Part shown: piece after piece, positions 62,133-64,000 of the stretch
How the letters are laid out: each line of letters opens with the position of its first letter
Position numbering within the stretch: the stretch's first letter is position 1
Position numbers and translations under genes: made by a program
Notes under the pieces: model-generated
Told to the model about the DNA's origin: nothing
The model's input: the letters and a program-made list of their open reading frames with translations, nothing else
Database searches by the model: none
Origin: an uncultured Chloroflexia bacterium
GTDB lineage: Bacteria; Chloroflexota; Limnocylindria; QHBO01
Reading direction: 5' to 3'
Length of the DNA stretch: 64,000 bases
Assembly (NCBI GenBank): GCA_963759405.1
Contig: CAVWZA010000019.1
Location: 73,703-137,702, forward strand

Positions 62133-62324
62133 CGGGGTAGCGGACGGCCGCCACGCCGGGTCGGCCGGGTGCGGAGTTAGGGGTAATCGGATATACTTCA
62201 GCACGGTTCGACCGGCCAAACGACGAACCGCAATATTGAACTGAGTACCAGGACGTGGGTCGGTTCGCCTTCCCACGTCTTTGTTTGTCCCTTTGTGACT
62301 CCGGGCGCGGAGCGAGGAGCGGCC

Positions 62325-63521
<1,197 letters not shown>

Positions 63522-63704
63522 CGCGCATCGTGCGCGCGACCGATGGATCCATTCACCGCGACGAGACCGGCCGCGCGCCGGGTCGCGGAACCTATATCTG
63601 CCAGGACCCGGCCTGCCGCGACGATGAGCGCAGCGCGGCCGCGGTGAAGCGAGCGCTCGGCGCAGATCCCGCGCCGGGGACGCTCGAATTCGAGGGAGCA
63701 CCAC

Positions 63705-64000
63705 ATGCCACCACGTAGATACCGACCACGACGCGGTCCGCGTCCGCAGCGCAAGCGGACCGGCGCCGCCGCCGCCGCGCTGCTCGAGGCGCAGGCACCG
63801 GTTCGCCCGGCCGGACCGGTCGAGCTTCCGAGCTCGATCGCCGTCAAGGACTTCGCCGAGACGCTCGGCGTCAGCATCGCCGAGATCATCAACGTCCTGA
63901 TCAAGAACGGCATCTTCGCCACCGTCAACCAGGCGATCGACTTCGACACGGCCTCGCTCGTCGCCGCGGAGCTCGGATTCGAGGCGACCGAGGGCGGGGT
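63705..64000 (+). CDS. infB: translation initiation factor IF-2, N-terminal fragment (runs off window)
   Basis: ATG after a [33 protein letters not shown]..., an Arg/Pro-rich IF-2 N-terminus followed by conserved ...[43 protein letters not shown]. Confidence 0.8.
   Translation, partial: MPPRRYRPRRGPRPQRKRTGAAAAALLEAQAPVRPAGPVELPSSIAVKDFAETLGVSIAEIINVLIKNGIFATVNQAIDFDTASLVAAELGFEATEGG

Overview
This is a 64 kb, very GC-rich (~70 %) chromosomal core segment from a Gram-positive-type bacterium. The gene order resembles Actinobacteria or Chloroflexi/Thermomicrobia; I cannot assign a genus from sequence alone. Almost all genes are on the + strand and encode conserved housekeeping functions. The order is: yvcK fragment, whiA, tpiA, gpmI, secG, two tRNA-Leu, an acyltransferase-3 domain fused to an acyl-CoA-synthetase-like domain, tRNA-Val, lemA, htpX, a tRNA-Phe/Gly/Gln/Cys cluster, a small lower-GC accessory islet, tRNA-Leu, and a cpaE-like gene on the minus strand. 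Then follow rpsF, ssb, rpsR, a CaCA antiporter, ilvE, a GT2 synthase with a coupled membrane gene, and a T-box leader with ileS. After these come lspA, rluD, gmk, priA, def, fmt, a BON protein, a Zn-peptidase, rlmN, rpe, a lipoprotein glycosidase, dtd, rpmB, recG, rsmD, coaD, yceD, rpmF, plsX, nusB, acpP, rnc, smc, ftsY and ffh. The last block is rpsP, khpA, rimM, trmD, rplS, rnhB, yraN, a LysM-SLT lytic transglycosylase, rpsB, tsf, pyrH, frr, uppS, cdsA, dxr, rseP, nusA, ylxR and the start of infB. There are eight tRNAs, all with encoded CCA. I found no rRNA, CRISPR array, transposase or integrase. The most striking global property is that at least 20 conserved genes are broken by single-base frameshifts (tpiA, ileS, priA, def, rlmN x3, recG x2, nusB, tsf and others). 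These are mostly extra bases in short G/C runs, which points to an indel-error-prone assembly rather than biology. Candidate novelties are an acyltransferase-3 plus acyl-CoA-synthetase-like fusion with a degenerate adenylation P-loop, and an RNase HII with a degenerate catalytic motif. Others are a translational-type T-box leader on ileS, a 216-bp in-frame tandem duplication of a LysM module, and a 7-bp tandem duplication. A small tRNA-flanked islet carries orphan secreted and response-regulator genes. Coordinates derived by hand counting may be off by 1-2 nt.
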